From contig DASPLQ010000012.1 in assembly GCA_035627515.1 (NCBI GenBank), positions 71,269 to 135,268 of the forward strand: DNA of 64,000 nt, given 5' to 3'. The translations under genes were made by a program, and so were the position numbers. The notes under the pieces are model-generated. The model was not told where the DNA came from. It searched no databases and was given only the letters and a program-made list of their open reading frames with translations. Source of the stretch: Vitreimonas sp. GTDB taxonomy: Bacteria; Patescibacteriota; Microgenomatia; UBA1400; PJMF01. Each line of letters begins with the position of its first letter. The first letter of the stretch is position 1. Shown here piece after piece: positions 62,561-64,000 of the stretch.

Positions 62561-63735
62561 CTATTAAGAATAGCGGTTCGCATCTCTTCACTCAAGCGGA
62601 TCATGAAGCGAACATTATGGATCGAAGCTAAGCGATAGTAGGTCAACTCACGGGTTTTTAATAAATGATGTAAATAGGCGCGAGTGTAACCTTGGTGACA
62701 CGTAAAGCAATCACACCCGTCCTGAATGACTCGGTTGTCCTGAGCAAACTGAGCTTTACCAATCGTCATCCGACCTAGGTGAAATTCAGATTCGAAACCT
62801 AACTTCCCAGTCTTATCCATCGTTAGTTGGCCATGATAAAGCGAACCATTACGGGCAATCCGAGTCGGCGCCACACAATCAAACATATCGAAACCCACGT
62901 TGACGGCATCTACTAAATCTTGCGGATTCAAACCCAAACCCATAGCATAGCGGGGTTTATCAGCCGGCAACAGCGGCTCAATCCAGCTCATCACTTCTGC
63001 CGTTCCAGCCATGTTATATCCAATCGTTTCCCCCCCGACTGCAATCCCATCAAATCCTAACCCAGTGATAACCTTGGCTGACTCTTGTCTAAGTTCAGGA
63101 TGCATGGCCCCTTGGACAATCCCAAACAACGCTTGATAATCGCCATAATAGCTTAAGCGCTGCTGTTGATCCCAATACTCAACACACTGTTGAGCCCAAT
63201 GGTGAGTGCGACTAAGAGCTTGTTTGGCATAGCGAAGATCGGCCTTATCAGGGGTACACTCATCAAAAGCCATGATAATATCTGCTCCAATCCAGCGTTG
63301 AATCTCGATGGCAGTCTCGGGACTAAAAAAATGTTTCGAGCCATCAACATACGACCGGAACTTCACCCCTTCATCTGTAATCTTGGCAAAAGATACACCC
63401 CCTTTAGCTTTGTTCTGCAAACCAAGGGAGAAAACTTGAAAGCCCCCAGAGTCGGTAAGAATCGGTTTATTCCACCTCATAAATTGGTGGAGACCACCTT
63501 GACTGGTGAGCACGTCTTTGCCGGGCCGCAGATACAAGTGATACGTGTTGGCTAAAATAATCGGTGCTTGAGTAGCCTCGGTGTCTTCGCTGTCTAAAGC
63601 TTTGACACTGGCTTGGGTCCCCACGGGCATATAGATAGGTGTGTTGACCCGGCCATGTGGTGTTTCGAAATAGCCAGTGCGAGCCTGCCCTATGCTTTTT
63701 TCGAGCACAAATTTGAATGACGAGGAATGTGACAT
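62557..63735 (-). CDS. tgt: tRNA-guanine transglycosylase
   Basis: TPIYMPVGT, NTYHLYLRPG, TDSGGFQVFSL, DMFDCVAPTR and CDCFTC. Confidence 0.95.
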   Translation of the reverse strand: MSHSSSFKFVLEKSIGQARTGYFETPHGRVNTPIYMPVGTQASVKALDSEDTEATQAPIILANTYHLYLRPGKDVLTSQGGLHQFMRWNKPILTDSGGFQVFSLGLQNKAKGGVSFAKITDEGVKFRSYVDGSKHFFSPETAIEIQRWIGADIIMAFDECTPDKADLRYAKQALSRTHHWAQQCVEYWDQQQRLSYYGDYQALFGIVQGAMHPELRQESAKVITGLGFDGIAVGGETIGYNMAGTAEVMSWIEPLLPADKPRYAMGLGLNPQDLVDAVNVGFDMFDCVAPTRIARNGSLYHGQLTMDKTGKLGFESEFHLGRMTIGKAQFAQDNRVIQDGCDCFTCHQGYTRAYLHHLLKTRELTYYRLASIHNVRFMIRLSEEMRTAILNR

Positions 63736-63823
63736 GACTTGAGCATTATAAGTCACTTAGGTACATTTTGCATATCATCCAGGCAAGCTTTTGCAACAAT
63801 GTTGACTACTATATAATACCCAG

Positions 63824-64000
63824 GTGCTTACGCTTGCCAACTTTACCTACCCTGTCCCGCCTGAACTCATTGCTCAAACCCCGGCGGTACCACGCGACTC
63901 CAGTCGCTTGCTGGTTCTGGATCGCGAAACCCAAGCCATCACGCACCATCATTTCTCAGACCTTCCCGATCTTCTCCAGCCCACCGACGTCATCGTCCGT
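63824..64000 (+). CDS. queA: SAM:tRNA ribosyltransferase-isomerase QueA (5' part only)
   Basis: GTG start, LANFTYPVPPELIAQTP..PRDSSRLLVLDR; divergent from tgt. Confidence 0.88.
   Translation, partial: MLTLANFTYPVPPELIAQTPAVPRDSSRLLVLDRETQAITHHHFSDLPDLLQPTDVIVR

Overview
This is a chromosomal window from a Patescibacteria/CPR bacterium with a Microgenomates-like gene order; the taxonomy is inferred. It uses the standard genetic code. Housekeeping genes include pheS, pheT, tyrS, recG, rpmF, nusB, rnc, rpsP, holB, gyrB, gyrA, ppa, yebC, tgt, queA and tRNA-Ala(GGC). It also holds a type IV pilus locus (pilBTC, pilins, pilD, pilX/M/N/O), envelope genes, a RelE/RHH toxin-antitoxin pair, and a Xer-type recombinase with a dif-like site. 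The most striking unannotated signal is at 14971-15146. There a D-armless tRNA-like RNA (Ala identity pair G3.U70, Ile GAU anticodon loop) is followed by a separately promoted and terminated ~58-nt sRNA whose 5' end is perfectly antisense to that anticodon arm. Other unannotated signals are a modular intergenic repeat family with a covarying 8-13-8 palindrome, a leader-peptide attenuator upstream of tyrS, an active/inactive pair of nucleoside-deoxyribosyltransferase-RHH fusions inside the pilus locus, CIRCE-like palindromes, and a CCWGG cluster around dif. All calls come from reading the sequence; no searches were run.
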